Source: Penicillus capitatus (Eukaryota; Plantae; Chlorophyta). From it: 64,000 nt of DNA. The DNA lies in NCBI GenBank assembly GCA_965649825.1, contig OZ287697.1:2245826-2309825 (forward strand). Direction: 5' to 3'. Both the position numbers and the translations under genes were made by a program. Shown here piece after piece: positions 13,000-27,340 of this stretch (its first letter is position 1; each line of letters opens with the position of its first letter). The notes under the pieces are model-generated. The model had not been told where the DNA came from and did not search any database. It saw only the letters and a program-made list of their open reading frames with translations.

Positions 13000-14155
13000 A
13001 TGGGCAAGACGCATCCAAACCCGCCTTCCGCTGACAGCAATGGGCTCTCTGGAAACTGGATGGCCTTGAAGAAGAAGCTTAAACGACAGAAACAAAAACT
13101 CGGAACTAACAAGGACACGCGACAGAGATTCGACTGGAAGAAGAGAGGAGTGAAAGAGACACCTTTGTCGGAGCATGATCATAGCCAAAGTCTCAAGCTC
13201 GTTAAGAAAGAGTTTGGATTGGAGGATGTTGTGGCGATGGATTGTGAGATGGTCTCCGTCAACATGAATGGCAGCAAACGTGCGATTGCTGCGAGGGTCG
13301 CCATTGTAATATGAGTGCATGTCTGATAAGAGTGTTGAGTGCTTTTGACCCAGGTCGATGGATTGGGAGACGTGCTGCTAGATACTTACATCGATTCAGG
13401 ATGGATAGTGCTCGATTACCAGTCAACAGTTCAATCTTTCTCTGCTCTCTAAGATCGATTTGGATGTTTGTAGCACCCGATACAGTGGCATTCAGCCAAG
13501 TCATCTGAGAAATGCCCCTTCACTCTCCGACATTCAACAAAAGGTGCATTTGGTCGAGAACACTTGGTATCAGAAATGGGTGATGCGTCAGTAAGCTGCA
13601 TGTGCAGGTCGAATCCCTGCTGGAAAACAAAGTTGTTGTGGGTCATGCGCTGGATAACGATTTCGAAGCATTGGATATCGAACATCCCGGCCACAGAACG
13701 AGGGACACCTCAAAGTTTGGACGCTTCGAATCCCTCGACAGACACAGACCGGCTTTGCAGATATGAACCTCTAATGATTGGAATGGACGGCGAAAGAGTT
13801 CCTCACGGCCGTGCTTTAAGAAGATTGGCGAAACATCAGCTGCACATGGACATACAGGTACTTATGTGTATGGTAGAGGAAGAATCTATAATGTTTGATG
13901 TCTCTATCACAGAACGGGGCGCACAATCCTGTCGAGGACGCCAGAGCAGCACTCTACCTCTATCACAATCATAAAGAAGTCGATATTTACCTCAGATTCA
14001 GTTCTTCTCCAGACATTGGATTGCTAACAGGCATGGGAAGCGAGCTTGATGTCTACTGTTGTGTCTCATCTGTCAACGATGTGACATGTCAGAGAACGTC
14101 GATTGGTCGGTGCAACCTGTCCCGTGGTTCACCGTTTCATCTATCCTCACAGTGA
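13000..14155 (+). CDS. REX4: RNA exonuclease 4 (DEDDh), multi-exon
   Basis: SGNWMALKK N-terminus, VAMDCEMV, TRYSGI, VVGHALDND, RDTSK|YEPL, AHNPVEDARAALYLY. Confidence 0.9.
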
Positions 14156-14194
14156 ATAATTGTTACCAAACGTACTTTTCTTGTGGAAGTTAAC

Positions 14195-15103
14195 ATGCGG
14201 GGTGTTTTTGTGATTTCCGTGTTTCTCACGTTTGTTTTGCTGTTCACTCGTGCGCAGAATGACGCAGGAGGAAAATCTTCTACCGACGTCGAGAACTATG
14301 TGACCTTCCCTTCCATCGTCACTGTCAAGGGCAACGTTCCAGAAGCGCCTTCCTGTGGAGGAACACTTTTAGACGACCACGTTGTTCTGACAGCTGCACA
14401 ATGTGTTGTGGGTGCTGGGAACACAACACGTCTCCCGAACGTCGTGCTGGACTCATTGAATGCTCAGAGAACGAACCGAATGCCGCAGACACGCATCACG
14501 ATGGAGACCACTGTGTATCCTGGTTACACTGGAGTGATTCGTGATGGTAATGACTTTGCCCTTCTTCGCCTGGACCATACTGTTGCCCCTTTGAAGAATG
14601 TGAAGATTTATCATGGAGATATCTCTTTCGAAACAAACCTCGTGATTATTGGAGCAGCTGGAGAAGCTATTCGAATCCGATCTGCCACAGTTGCGGATCC
14701 AGCAGAGTGTGAGAATGCTGGAATGCTGCTGGACAAAGAATCGATGGTTTGTATGACTGGCGAGATTCCGTGCGATGGGGATGAAGGAGGTCCCATTTTA
14801 GATGCTAAGACTGGTAACCTTGTGGCTGTCGTTTCATCGACGATTGATTGCAAAGGCGGCAGTAGTAACACACACTTGGCTGTTATGACAGTAAGGAATC
14901 CGAAAATCCTTGATTGGATTCAACAGACCGCGAGTGATCTGGAATACACAGCATCGTTGAATCTGGCACCCCCTGTCATCGCCTTCGATGGGCCGTCTTC
15001 TGATCATACTGTCTTGTCAGTTCCTGCCCCAGAAACAGATGAGGATCTTAGCGAAGATGAAGCAGACGATGAAATGGTGTACGATCTTCTTGGATTCCTG
15101 TAG
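14195..15103 (+). CDS. Secreted trypsin-like (S1) serine protease homologue, catalytically dead, intronless
   Basis: Signal peptide. CGGTLL..VVLTAAQC (His to Gln), GNDFALL, CDGDEGGP (Ser to Glu). Acidic tail. Confidence 0.85.
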   Translation: MRGVFVISVFLTFVLLFTRAQNDAGGKSSTDVENYVTFPSIVTVKGNVPEAPSCGGTLLDDHVVLTAAQCVVGAGNTTRLPNVVLDSLNAQRTNRMPQTRITMETTVYPGYTGVIRDGNDFALLRLDHTVAPLKNVKIYHGDISFETNLVIIGAAGEAIRIRSATVADPAECENAGMLLDKESMVCMTGEIPCDGDEGGPILDAKTGNLVAVVSSTIDCKGGSSNTHLAVMTVRNPKILDWIQQTASDLEYTASLNLAPPVIAFDGPSSDHTVLSVPAPETDEDLSEDEADDEMVYDLLGFL

Positions 15104-15433
15104 TGAGTTATACCTGTCCAGAAGTGCAATCAGATGTGCCATCTGCTTTCCAGATGATGAAATCTGATGCCGCCGTTTGTTTAGTGATCTTTCTGATCCG
15201 CATTCGTTATTCTGGTCGTTGTCGTCGTTGTCTTTCTTCCATACAGTCTATGGCCCATTAAGTTGTCGTTTGTTGTTTGATCAGATAGATGCATGCGGTT
15301 ACTCCTACGTAGTCGGAGTCACGTCGTTTTCCACCACCCGAATTATTCTTTCTTCGTATTCGAACTGTAACCAGTACACGTATTGCAGACGTGCCCTTTC
15401 TCAAGCTATTCGTCGACGCACTTGACGGGATAG

Positions 15434-16384
15434 ATGACCTTTGGGAAAAGAATGTACCATGACACCTCTGTATGCAAACAACTGTCGCTGTTTCTGTTGC
15501 TGCTATCTCTCCTATTAACCATTGTCCTCAGTCAGTCCGAAGAGAGTCTGAACGAGGAGGAGACGAAAGAATTTGTGAAGCGATATCCCTACATCGCCAA
15601 CGTACGTGCATTCGGAAGATCAGTTTGCTCTGGGGTGCTCATTGGACCTTACACTGTACTCACAGCAGCGCAGTGTGTCGATTCACGAAACGGTCGCGAA
15701 CTGAAACCGGAGCTCTGGCTCAATACCACTCTGGCAGAGGGACCCGAAGACACCGCTGTCGTTCGTCAAGTCAGTGAGACTTTGTTTCATCCAGAGTATG
15801 CTGGAAATGCTAATGACGGATACAATTTAGCGCTGCTGCAACTTAATGAAAGTGCAGCATCGTTGAGACCGATTCGGATCCCTCCTGAAGCCCTGGATGG
15901 ACCTGAGAGTATCGTTGGCCGCATCTTCTCAATCTTGGGATTTGGCAGGACGAGTCTTTCAGGTGCCAGAACCACGACACTGCAGATTGCTGTGGTTCAA
16001 GTGTTGGATCCACAGACATGTATCGATGCAGATATTGGATACCTGGAAGAACAAATGTTCTGCGTGGATAGTCAACATCCGTGTTCTGGAGCCCATGGTG
16101 GTCCTGTGTTCATTGATTCTGGCGACTCTCGGAACGATGTGCTGTTCGGTCTGGTTGTTGGGACACCGTGTTTTGAAAACACTGAACTTGCTGGTGTGAC
16201 TAGTATTTCAACGAATGCAAGTCTATCATGGTTGCGACAGACAAGAGACGAGCTCGAAAGAAGAGCAATCATTCAGGACAGCATCACCACAGATGTGTTG
16301 GGACTACCCCCTGCACCCGAGCCTCTTGTGGAGATGCTGGAATTGGAAGACGACTTCGAAGACCTACTACTTCAGGGATTTTAG
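15434..16384 (+). CDS. Secreted trypsin-like (S1) serine protease homologue, catalytically dead, intronless tandem paralogue
   Basis: Signal peptide. CSGVLI..TVLTAAQC (His to Gln), GYNLALL (Asp to Asn), CSGAHGGP (Ser to His). Acidic tail. Confidence 0.85.
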   Translation: MTFGKRMYHDTSVCKQLSLFLLLLSLLLTIVLSQSEESLNEEETKEFVKRYPYIANVRAFGRSVCSGVLIGPYTVLTAAQCVDSRNGRELKPELWLNTTLAEGPEDTAVVRQVSETLFHPEYAGNANDGYNLALLQLNESAASLRPIRIPPEALDGPESIVGRIFSILGFGRTSLSGARTTTLQIAVVQVLDPQTCIDADIGYLEEQMFCVDSQHPCSGAHGGPVFIDSGDSRNDVLFGLVVGTPCFENTELAGVTSISTNASLSWLRQTRDELERRAIIQDSITTDVLGLPPAPEPLVEMLELEDDFEDLLLQGF

Positions 16385-16961
16385 AGAATATAGGTGTGAT
16401 CGCGGTTCTCAGCAAAGAACGCATTCAATCCGACTCACTCGCTGTTCATAAAGTGTCTTAACATGTCGATCGGCATGTGTCATGTCTTTCACTTCAGAGC
16501 CACCCACTGTTTACATTATCCTTTCCTCGTCTACACAATCAGGTGATAGACAACTCAAATCCACCTATGTCGCAGAAAAAGATATGAACGTCGATTGTAT
16601 TATTCTCAGGACTCGCGATTGCTAACTGTATCATCCATCAAACACCATTCCTGTTGCCGAGAAGTGATAAATGGGTTTTCTTTGACATGCACAAGTATTG
16701 CTTCCAGAAGAGCGTCCACTCACAGAAAAGAAGAGTTGAGATTGTCCAGGTGCCCATTTCATACTGAAATGATAATATACTTCTATGGTCTAACAATGCA
16801 ATTTCCGCATGGAGTCTTAATGACGGACCCCATCACAGTCATATTTCGACAAGGACAAAGCAGATATCAATGAAAGGGCACAACGAAGTCTCTCTCCCTT
16901 TAAACGCAGACGCACGTCCAGTATCTTCGGCCCATCTATCCCCCACACATGCACGCGCTCA

Positions 16962-17872
16962 TCAATCGTCATCGCTCGAATCATCATCCGATACAGAATC
17001 CTCATCGCTGTCCTTTTCGCCACCGAGTAGCGCCTCGACGCCCATTTCGCCCGTAAACCAGGAGACGGCATTGGGAATGAGCATCTCCTTAATGCAGCAT
17101 CCCATTTCCAAGTCATCTTCCGCCAGCAATTCCACAATCTCAGACATGTCGTCTGCGTTATCCGTCTCGGGGATGACCGGAGCCGAAAAGAAGTCGAAGA
17201 AAGAGTGCGTCTGGACAACCTTTGTTTTAGGATTGCCCCCGTGCTTTGTTTTCTTTCTGACAACTTTGAATCCCGGATTCTTATCGGCTGTCCAATTGAT
17301 CGTGGTGCCTTCTGTCTTCTCCAATGTCGTCTCATCGTCTCCGCCCATAAAGTACTTCTTTTCAAGAACCGTCGGTTCGAAGAAAGGATTTTGGCTAAAC
17401 TAATCACAGAAAGGCAGAGAATGGATATTCATTCACAAGTGTACATGTCAGTCAGGGCCGTCACCTTGAAGACCAGTTTGAATCCAGGTTTGCCATCATC
17501 CAATGGGCCATGGGAGATATCTAATAGATACTTGAGAATAGGCTCGTCCCTCTTCGTCACATTTCCGCCGACTAAGTCAGCGCTCTTTAGAACTTTGAGC
17601 CAGAAGCCCGGAACTAATCCAGGTTCCTGGTCATCTGGTCGATGCGAGGCGTTTGCAGATCCAACAATGAGTTGATAGCGCTCCTTGAATAGAGGGTCGA
17701 AGAGATTGCGGTATTTCTCATCAAGTGCCTTTGTCTCTCGCAAGAATTCTTTCTTCACCAGGTCGCACTTTGCCTGGACGTTTCTCAATAACTCGACGCG
17801 CTCTCGCACTTCATCAGGGAGTGAGTCGAGAAACTTTGCGACCCCTGAGACGCGTACTGGCGTGCCGGCCAT
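16962..17872 (-). CDS. NAP1: Nucleosome assembly protein 1 family histone chaperone, 2 exons
   Basis: LPDEVRERVELL, LDEKY..LFDPLFKER..I, VPGFWLKVL, DEPILKYLLDI, GTTINW..KNP, SFFDFFS, LIPNAVSWFTGE and an acidic tail. Confidence 0.92.
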
Positions 17873-17948
17873 GATATTGAAACGAATGGACGACAGTGCG
17901 TAATGCAAACGATTTCTTGTCGACCATTCTGAGAACTGCCATTCCGAG
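17873..17948. promoter_or_regulatory. 76-bp spacer between divergent NAP1 and NDUFA9 start codons
   Basis: CAT at 17870-17872 and ATG at 17949. Geometry only. Confidence 0.4.
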
Positions 17949-19400
17949 ATGCTGCTACTCAGACATCGCCTGACATCGGCACTGCCGGCGTACTTAAGAG
18001 ATGTGAGAAGCGTCGTGCCTCTGCTTAGTTGCGGACAACAGGGAAATCACGCGTCCGGAGGTACCAGTGGTTCTGTTGGTTTGTTCCCGGGACGGCATGA
18101 CGACTCGTGATGCAGGATCGATCCGAGAATATGGTCATTTGACTTTGGATTTGGAGAACAAGGGACTGAAGAGGGGTCCCGGCGGGCGATCTTCGGTGAG
18201 TGGTGTGACGGCGACCGTCTTTGGTGCGACAGGCTTCTTGGGTCGCTATGTTGTGAACGCTCTGGCCAGAAGAGGTTCCCAAGTGGTCATTCCATATCGC
18301 TGCGACGAGCTTGAGATGATGCATTTGAAGCAGATGGGTGATCTAGGACAGGTAATGCCTGTCTGTCTCACATCGATGCTGCGGATCATGCACCTATGCA
18401 GATCATCTTTCTGCCCAAGTTTGACATATCCGATCGTCATCAACTCATCAAGGCCGTCTCCCGTTCGAATATTGTTATCAACATGGTTGGTGCCCACCAA
18501 GAAACATGGAATTTCTCGTTCCGTGATGTCCATGTGGAAATAGCCAAACGCATTGCAGAGGCGACAACTAAAGCACCGGATCTGGAACGATTCGTTCATG
18601 TGAGTGCTATGGGTGCAAGTACAGATGCCACTTCGCGAAGACTACGCAGCAAGGCAGAAGGTGATGAAGTCGTCAAACAGATCAATCCGGGTGTCACTAT
18701 CATTAAGCCATCTTGTATGATCGGCGTCGAAGATCGATTCTATAACTGTCTGGCTACTCTTGGAAAATCTCTCCCCTTCGTTCCGTTGATCGATGGAGGC
18801 GACACCAAAGTGCAACCTGTTTACGTTAGAGATGTCTCAGATGCAATGATGCAAGTGCTGAAAGACATGAGCACCAGTGGCAAGACCTATACACTTGCTG
18901 GACCAGAGGTGATGACGTAAGTCCACCACCGTCGATAGTGCACTCGCTGTGTTTACTCCTGATTCCTGACATATCTGTTTGTCCTCAGCATGAAGGAGGC
19001 AACAGAGTTGGTGTTCTACCTGATGCGTGAGAAGCTCTATGCCTTGCCCTATCCTTCTGTCCTCGCCAAAGGATCCGTCCTCTTCCACACACTCTTCCAC
19101 AGATCCGTGAGTTATTTGATAGCATATGTAAACGCCCTATTGTATGAAGGGTGTCTGCAGTTGCCATTGCATTTCATGAACTACATGCTGACAGCTGATT
19201 TTATCGATGAGTTGGCGAAGGACAACGTCCTGTCAAGTGATGAATTGACTTTCAAGGACTTGGGAATGAAGCCCAGAGACACAACGCGCGGCATCAGTGT
19301 GGATCACATCAGATACTTCAGATCAGGAGGATATGCTTACGGGACCATTGTTGGACAACATGATGTCCCCGAGCGTTTCTTGCAACGCACTAAAGCATAG
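17949..19400 (+). CDS. NDUFA9: NADH:ubiquinone oxidoreductase 39 kDa subunit (NDUFA9), multi-exon, with mitochondrial presequence
   Basis: [62 protein letters not shown]. Arg/Leu-rich N-terminal exon from ATG 17949 splices in frame. Confidence 0.95.
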
Positions 19401-21348
19401 GCGTCCATCCTCCTTTCCGTTTCAAAAAACGGCCATTCCCAACAAGTCCAAAGGCATAGTCTTGTGGCTTTACGGCACCACCCGGCTGAAACAAGTGTTC
19501 CCTGATGAAAGTCCATTTCGATTTGTTGAAAATGTCATCTCCGATGTTCGTGTTCCATGCGAGATTGGCAATTCTCCGAGAGAAGAGATAGGAATAGTAT
19601 CGTGCACCGTACGTTGTCAGATGCGTTAGCCATGCCTCTTTGAATGTGCCTGGGACATAAGGAACAGACCCGTTCTCCGAGACAACACGCTCCAGTACTT
19701 CCCCCGTCGTCCATTCTGCCTCTGCATGACTTTCAGCATGGATAAGCTGATCAAATAGAGCGATCTGGATCTGTTCCTGTGTTCTTAAGCTTGAGAACAG
19801 ACGATTCACTTTGATCAGATTTTCTAACGACGTTCGAGGAGTGAGCAGATGAGACTTGCGGTTGACGCCAGCCAGATACTGCAAGGCATCAGGAGAATAT
19901 GCCATGTTTTCAAAGAAGTGCGAGGGAATCTCAACCAGATCCAACGGTCCTCGTGTTCCAAAGAGATGCTGAAACCGTGTCTTGGACAACAACGAGTGCA
20001 GGACATGACCAAATTCATGCAACAGACTTCTCAAGTCGAAGAAGCTCAGTCTCCTGGAGGAGAAGTTGGTGATCAGTGCAATGATTGGCGTCTGATATTG
20101 ACCATCATGCAGGTCCCTTCCACACCTCAATGTATAGTGTGCGTTTTCTGGTCTCTTGTTCTGTCTTCCCAACAAATCCAAGTAGAGGTGACCGATGAAA
20201 TCACCATCCTTGGCTTGGCGAAATGCAAACGCCTGCACATTGCTATCCCAACAATCATCCGTCTCTAACTCAATCATCTCTATATCCATGCATCGGTCGA
20301 GAATTTGGGCAATTCCGTTGATGACAGACTGCATGTCGAAATCGGCGAAGATGGCGGATCCATAGCTGTCTACAACTTGCTTTCGTTTCAGGGCTGTGTA
20401 GTAGGGAACGTCCCAAGCAGAAATCGCCGACCCTTTCATTTCTTGGAGAATCTTGATTTCGTCATCGGCGGCGGGCTTTAGATGCACAGCCATGTCTGTC
20501 AGATAGTCCATAACAGCTTCTGGATCCACTGCAATAGAATCCTGCAGCTTGAAATGAGCGAAAGACTTCCAGCCTAGTGTGCCAGACCAAAGCCTCCTCA
20601 CATTCAACAGTTCCTTCAACGTTTCCACATTCTGCTGAAGAGACTGAAAATGTGCACAATACGCTCTCTCCCTAAGGCTTTCGTCACTAACAGAATGTAC
20701 GATCGCCAGATAGTGGGAGGGAGTTATTGGCAGATGGTACTGCCCCTGATGTTGGACGCAGAGATCTCTCAGATGATCCGGAAGCATGGATGTGTCTTTC
20801 AAAGATAATGGATTGCTTTCCTTGTGTTCGGCAACGCATCTCTGAAATCTCATAGTCAGTGCATGCTCTGCAGATATATACTCTTGGACATCTTGACTCT
20901 TATTGCTTCCCATACCACAGTTCACAAAATCTCGATGTAGGCTCTCTGCTACGATCTGTGTCTCCGACGTCCATTCTACGGAGGAGGATCTTGCAGCAAG
21001 AGATGCCTGTAATGCTGTGAATAACTGCTCATTCGTGTTGAGTTTGCCAATATACTGAACAAGAAACTGCAGAGCACGTACAGAATGCGATCGCCAATTC
21101 TCGTCTGGATGATTGCTGTAGCAGAAATTGGCGACATCCGCAACGCGACAGACGGAGTCTGAGATCTCATCCAACACCGCGACCACTTCGGAACCCGGCG
21201 GAACGTGACCAATACGCGAGATCAGCCCATCCGTTTTCTTGATAGCCTCTCTGGTAACAGGAAGGAAATCTTCTGCGTTGTTGAGTCCATTCAGCCCGGC
21301 AAACCCCGTTAACTGCCTCAGAGCAATCGAGACGAATCGTCGCGACAT
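19390..21348 (-). CDS. MIPEP: Mitochondrial intermediate peptidase (M3A metallopeptidase), intronless 652 aa
   Basis: LDEISDSVCRVADVANF, zinc motif LLHEFGHVLHSLL, RGPLDLVEIPSHFFE, YGARYYSYLF, and an Arg-rich presequence. Confidence 0.93.
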   Translation of the reverse strand: MSRRFVSIALRQLTGFAGLNGLNNAEDFLPVTREAIKKTDGLISRIGHVPPGSEVVAVLDEISDSVCRVADVANFCYSNHPDENWRSHSVRALQFLVQYIGKLNTNEQLFTALQASLAARSSSVEWTSETQIVAESLHRDFVNCGMGSNKSQDVQEYISAEHALTMRFQRCVAEHKESNPLSLKDTSMLPDHLRDLCVQHQGQYHLPITPSHYLAIVHSVSDESLRERAYCAHFQSLQQNVETLKELLNVRRLWSGTLGWKSFAHFKLQDSIAVDPEAVMDYLTDMAVHLKPAADDEIKILQEMKGSAISAWDVPYYTALKRKQVVDSYGSAIFADFDMQSVINGIAQILDRCMDIEMIELETDDCWDSNVQAFAFRQAKDGDFIGHLYLDLLGRQNKRPENAHYTLRCGRDLHDGQYQTPIIALITNFSSRRLSFFDLRSLLHEFGHVLHSLLSKTRFQHLFGTRGPLDLVEIPSHFFENMAYSPDALQYLAGVNRKSHLLTPRTSLENLIKVNRLFSSLRTQEQIQIALFDQLIHAESHAEAEWTTGEVLERVVSENGSVPYVPGTFKEAWLTHLTTYGARYYSYLFSRRIANLAWNTNIGDDIFNKSKWTFIREHLFQPGGAVKPQDYAFGLVGNGRFLKRKGGWTPML

Positions 21349-21378
21349 TAATTCCTTTCGACGTTTGCTTTCAGCAAA
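21349..21378. promoter_or_regulatory. 30-bp spacer between divergent MIP and TyrRS start codons (inferred bidirectional promoter zone)
   Basis: CAT at 21346-21348 and ATG at 21379. Promoter function is inferred from geometry only. Confidence 0.4.
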
Positions 21379-22927
21379 ATGGCGGCGACCGATATCTCGG
21401 CCAAAGAAATTGAAGAAGAGAACGTCGAAGAGGTCAGCGACGCTGTTTCAGCAGCGGAATTGAAAGCAGCCATGGGAAAGAATTCAGAGGAGTCTGTTCT
21501 GCATAAACACGACGTGCACGAAACAGCTGTTTGCAGGCTGACGGCGGAGGACAAGTACATTCTCGTGCGCAGTGTTGGCGAAGAGTGCATCCAGGAAGAA
21601 GAACTCAGTCGTCTGTTGGCAAACAAACCCAATCCTGTTGCCTACGACGGATTCGAACCGTCCGGGAGAATGCACATTGCTCAAGTTTAGCTGCACGGTA
21701 TCCAATACTGTCATCTGCTCATACTTTGTGCGTCAGGGAGTGTTGAAAGCACTCAACGTGAACAAGATTACCAAAGCTGGGTGCACCTTCAAGTTCTGGG
21801 TGGCTGATTGGTTTGCGCAGCTCAACAATAAGATGGGCGGTGACTTGAAAAAGATCCAACAGGTTGGCAAGTATATGGTCGAAGTGTGGAAGGCAGTTGG
21901 GATGGACCTGGAGAAAGTACAATTCCTGAGTGCATCCGAAGAAATCAACAAACAGCCAGATGCTTACTGGACACTTGTCATGGATATTGCTGCGAAGAAC
22001 AATCTCAAGAGAATTGTCCGATGTTCTCAGATCATGGGAAGATCCGAAACAGACGAACTGTCTGCCGCTCAGATATTCTATCCATGCATGCAATGTGCAG
22101 ATATCTTCTTCCTGAAGGTCAGTCAATGCATGCAGGAATGCGAGTGTTTTTTGATCCGGGTCGTTGCACAGGCTGACATCTGTCAGTTGGGAATGGATCA
22201 GAGAAAGGTCAACGTATTAGCCAGAGAATACTGTGACCAGATCAAACGGAAACTAAAACCTGTCATTCTGTCACATCCAATGATGCCGGGACTCCTACAA
22301 GTAGGCGACAAGATTCCAGAATGGATTCCCTTCCGCTTGCTCGCTTGCATGATCAACTTTTTACAGGGTCAAGAAAAGATGTCTAAATCGGACCCAAATT
22401 CGGCGATCTTTATGGAGGATTCTGAAACGGATGTGAACTCGAAGATCAGACGAGCATTCTGCCCGCCAAACGAAATCGCTGCAAATCCATGTATTGCGTA
22501 CGTCCGGCACATTGTGTTGCCATGGTTTGGACAGTTCACTGTATCCCGGAAACCTGAGAATGGAGGAGACAAGTGCAGCGCTGATCCTTCCAGTTCCATC
22601 GACATTGAGTGGTTGTCTGTTGTAGAACTTACGAGGATATGGATGTATTAGAGGCAGATTACATTTCAGGAGATCTGCATCCAGGTAGACAGCAAGCTTC
22701 GGTGCCATGAAAACGTATACGAAGGACCTTTCGGTGTAGGTGACCTAAAGCCATCTCTGGCGAGACAGTTAAACATCATTCTGCAACCTGTCCGTGAGCA
22801 TTTTGAAAAAGATCCTCAGGCAAAGGCACTTTTGACCCAGATCAAAGTAATCCGCAATCACGCATCATAACATGCATGACAGGGAGTCCAATTTTGCTGA
22901 TTGCAGAAGTACAAGGTCACAAAATGA
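21379..22927 (+). CDS. YARS1: Cytosolic tyrosyl-tRNA synthetase (plant/archaeal type, single catalytic unit), multi-exon
   Basis: YDGFEPSGRMHIAQ, VADWFAQLNNK, YPCMQCADIFFL, ICQLGMDQRKVN, EKMSKSDPNSAIFMED, DLHP|GDLK. Confidence 0.96.
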
Positions 22928-23013
22928 GAGAAAAGGACAAGACATTGCATTGAGTATATATAACTGAGAAAATGCGACACGCTGCAAGGGGATGTGATGC
23001 TGCTACCAACCAT

Positions 23014-26409
<3,396 letters not shown>

Positions 26410-26512
26410 TCACATCGGAGATCTCAGCAGCGTTTCGGTGAACCCTTCGCCCTGCTGTCGTACTTTCCTTTTCACTTCCAGCACACCTCTCTGCTTTCCG
26501 CGACTCCAACAA

Positions 26513-27214
26513 ATGAACCGTTCAAAAGAGGTCCCTTCGTTGAGAGAATTAGCAACGAGAGCTGTGTATCGCGAGTACTTGAATGTGAAGGGGGTTGTAC
26601 CCCTCATGCAACGATTTGAAGAGGTACCTACTCCTTAAGTGATTACTGTATATCTACTGAATACATCTTGCCTTTCGAAGTAGATTGATTGGATGGTCGT
26701 GAACGGACCAGAGCTGAGACAGAGATGTATACAATTCATTGTTTCCACCTATCCAAGCATCAGACAGAAGCACAGCGAGGAGGAAATGGAATCCCTTATT
26801 GGTAAAGAACTGAAGATGAATCTGGATCAGGAAACTGAAGAAGTTCGCAAACACATCAAGAGAATAAAGAAACTTCGAGGGTCCGTCATTGAACGCCTGC
26901 CTTCACCGGGTTCATACTCAAAAGAATTTGGCCGCCATGTTCCCAAACTTACTCGATCTGTTTCCGGTGATTGCCATTTTCAGCTGCAGGGGTACAGGTT
27001 CATTCCTGTTGGCTTTTATCTAGGAAAATCAGCTTATCCATATGAAAGTCTCCAAACAGGGAGGAAATGGCCATCAGACGTCAATCCTTCCAAAAGAGAA
27101 GAGCATTTGGACAGAGACGAATTTCAGGACATTTTTCAAGTCTCCTACGACACATATTGTTCCTATCCAAACTGGAAAAGAGTACAGATTAAGAAAGAGA
27201 AGAAGCTTTTCTGA
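26513..27214 (+). CDS. Small villin-headpiece (VHP) domain protein, about 3 exons
   Basis: C-terminal YPYESLQ..P.DVNPSKREEHLDRDEFQDIF..YPNWKRVQIKKEKKLF* is a canonical VHP. N-terminal exon MNRSKEVPSLRELATRAV was joined by threading. Confidence 0.8.
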
Positions 27215-27340
27215 CTGGATCTTCTCGAGCATATCGAGTTCCACGTTTCATTTGCTGTAAAACAAAATTCACAGACAGACAACAACCATTCGATAGCTCT
27301 GTTGAATGGACTACTAATGCAACATGCTGTGAGCTGTTCA

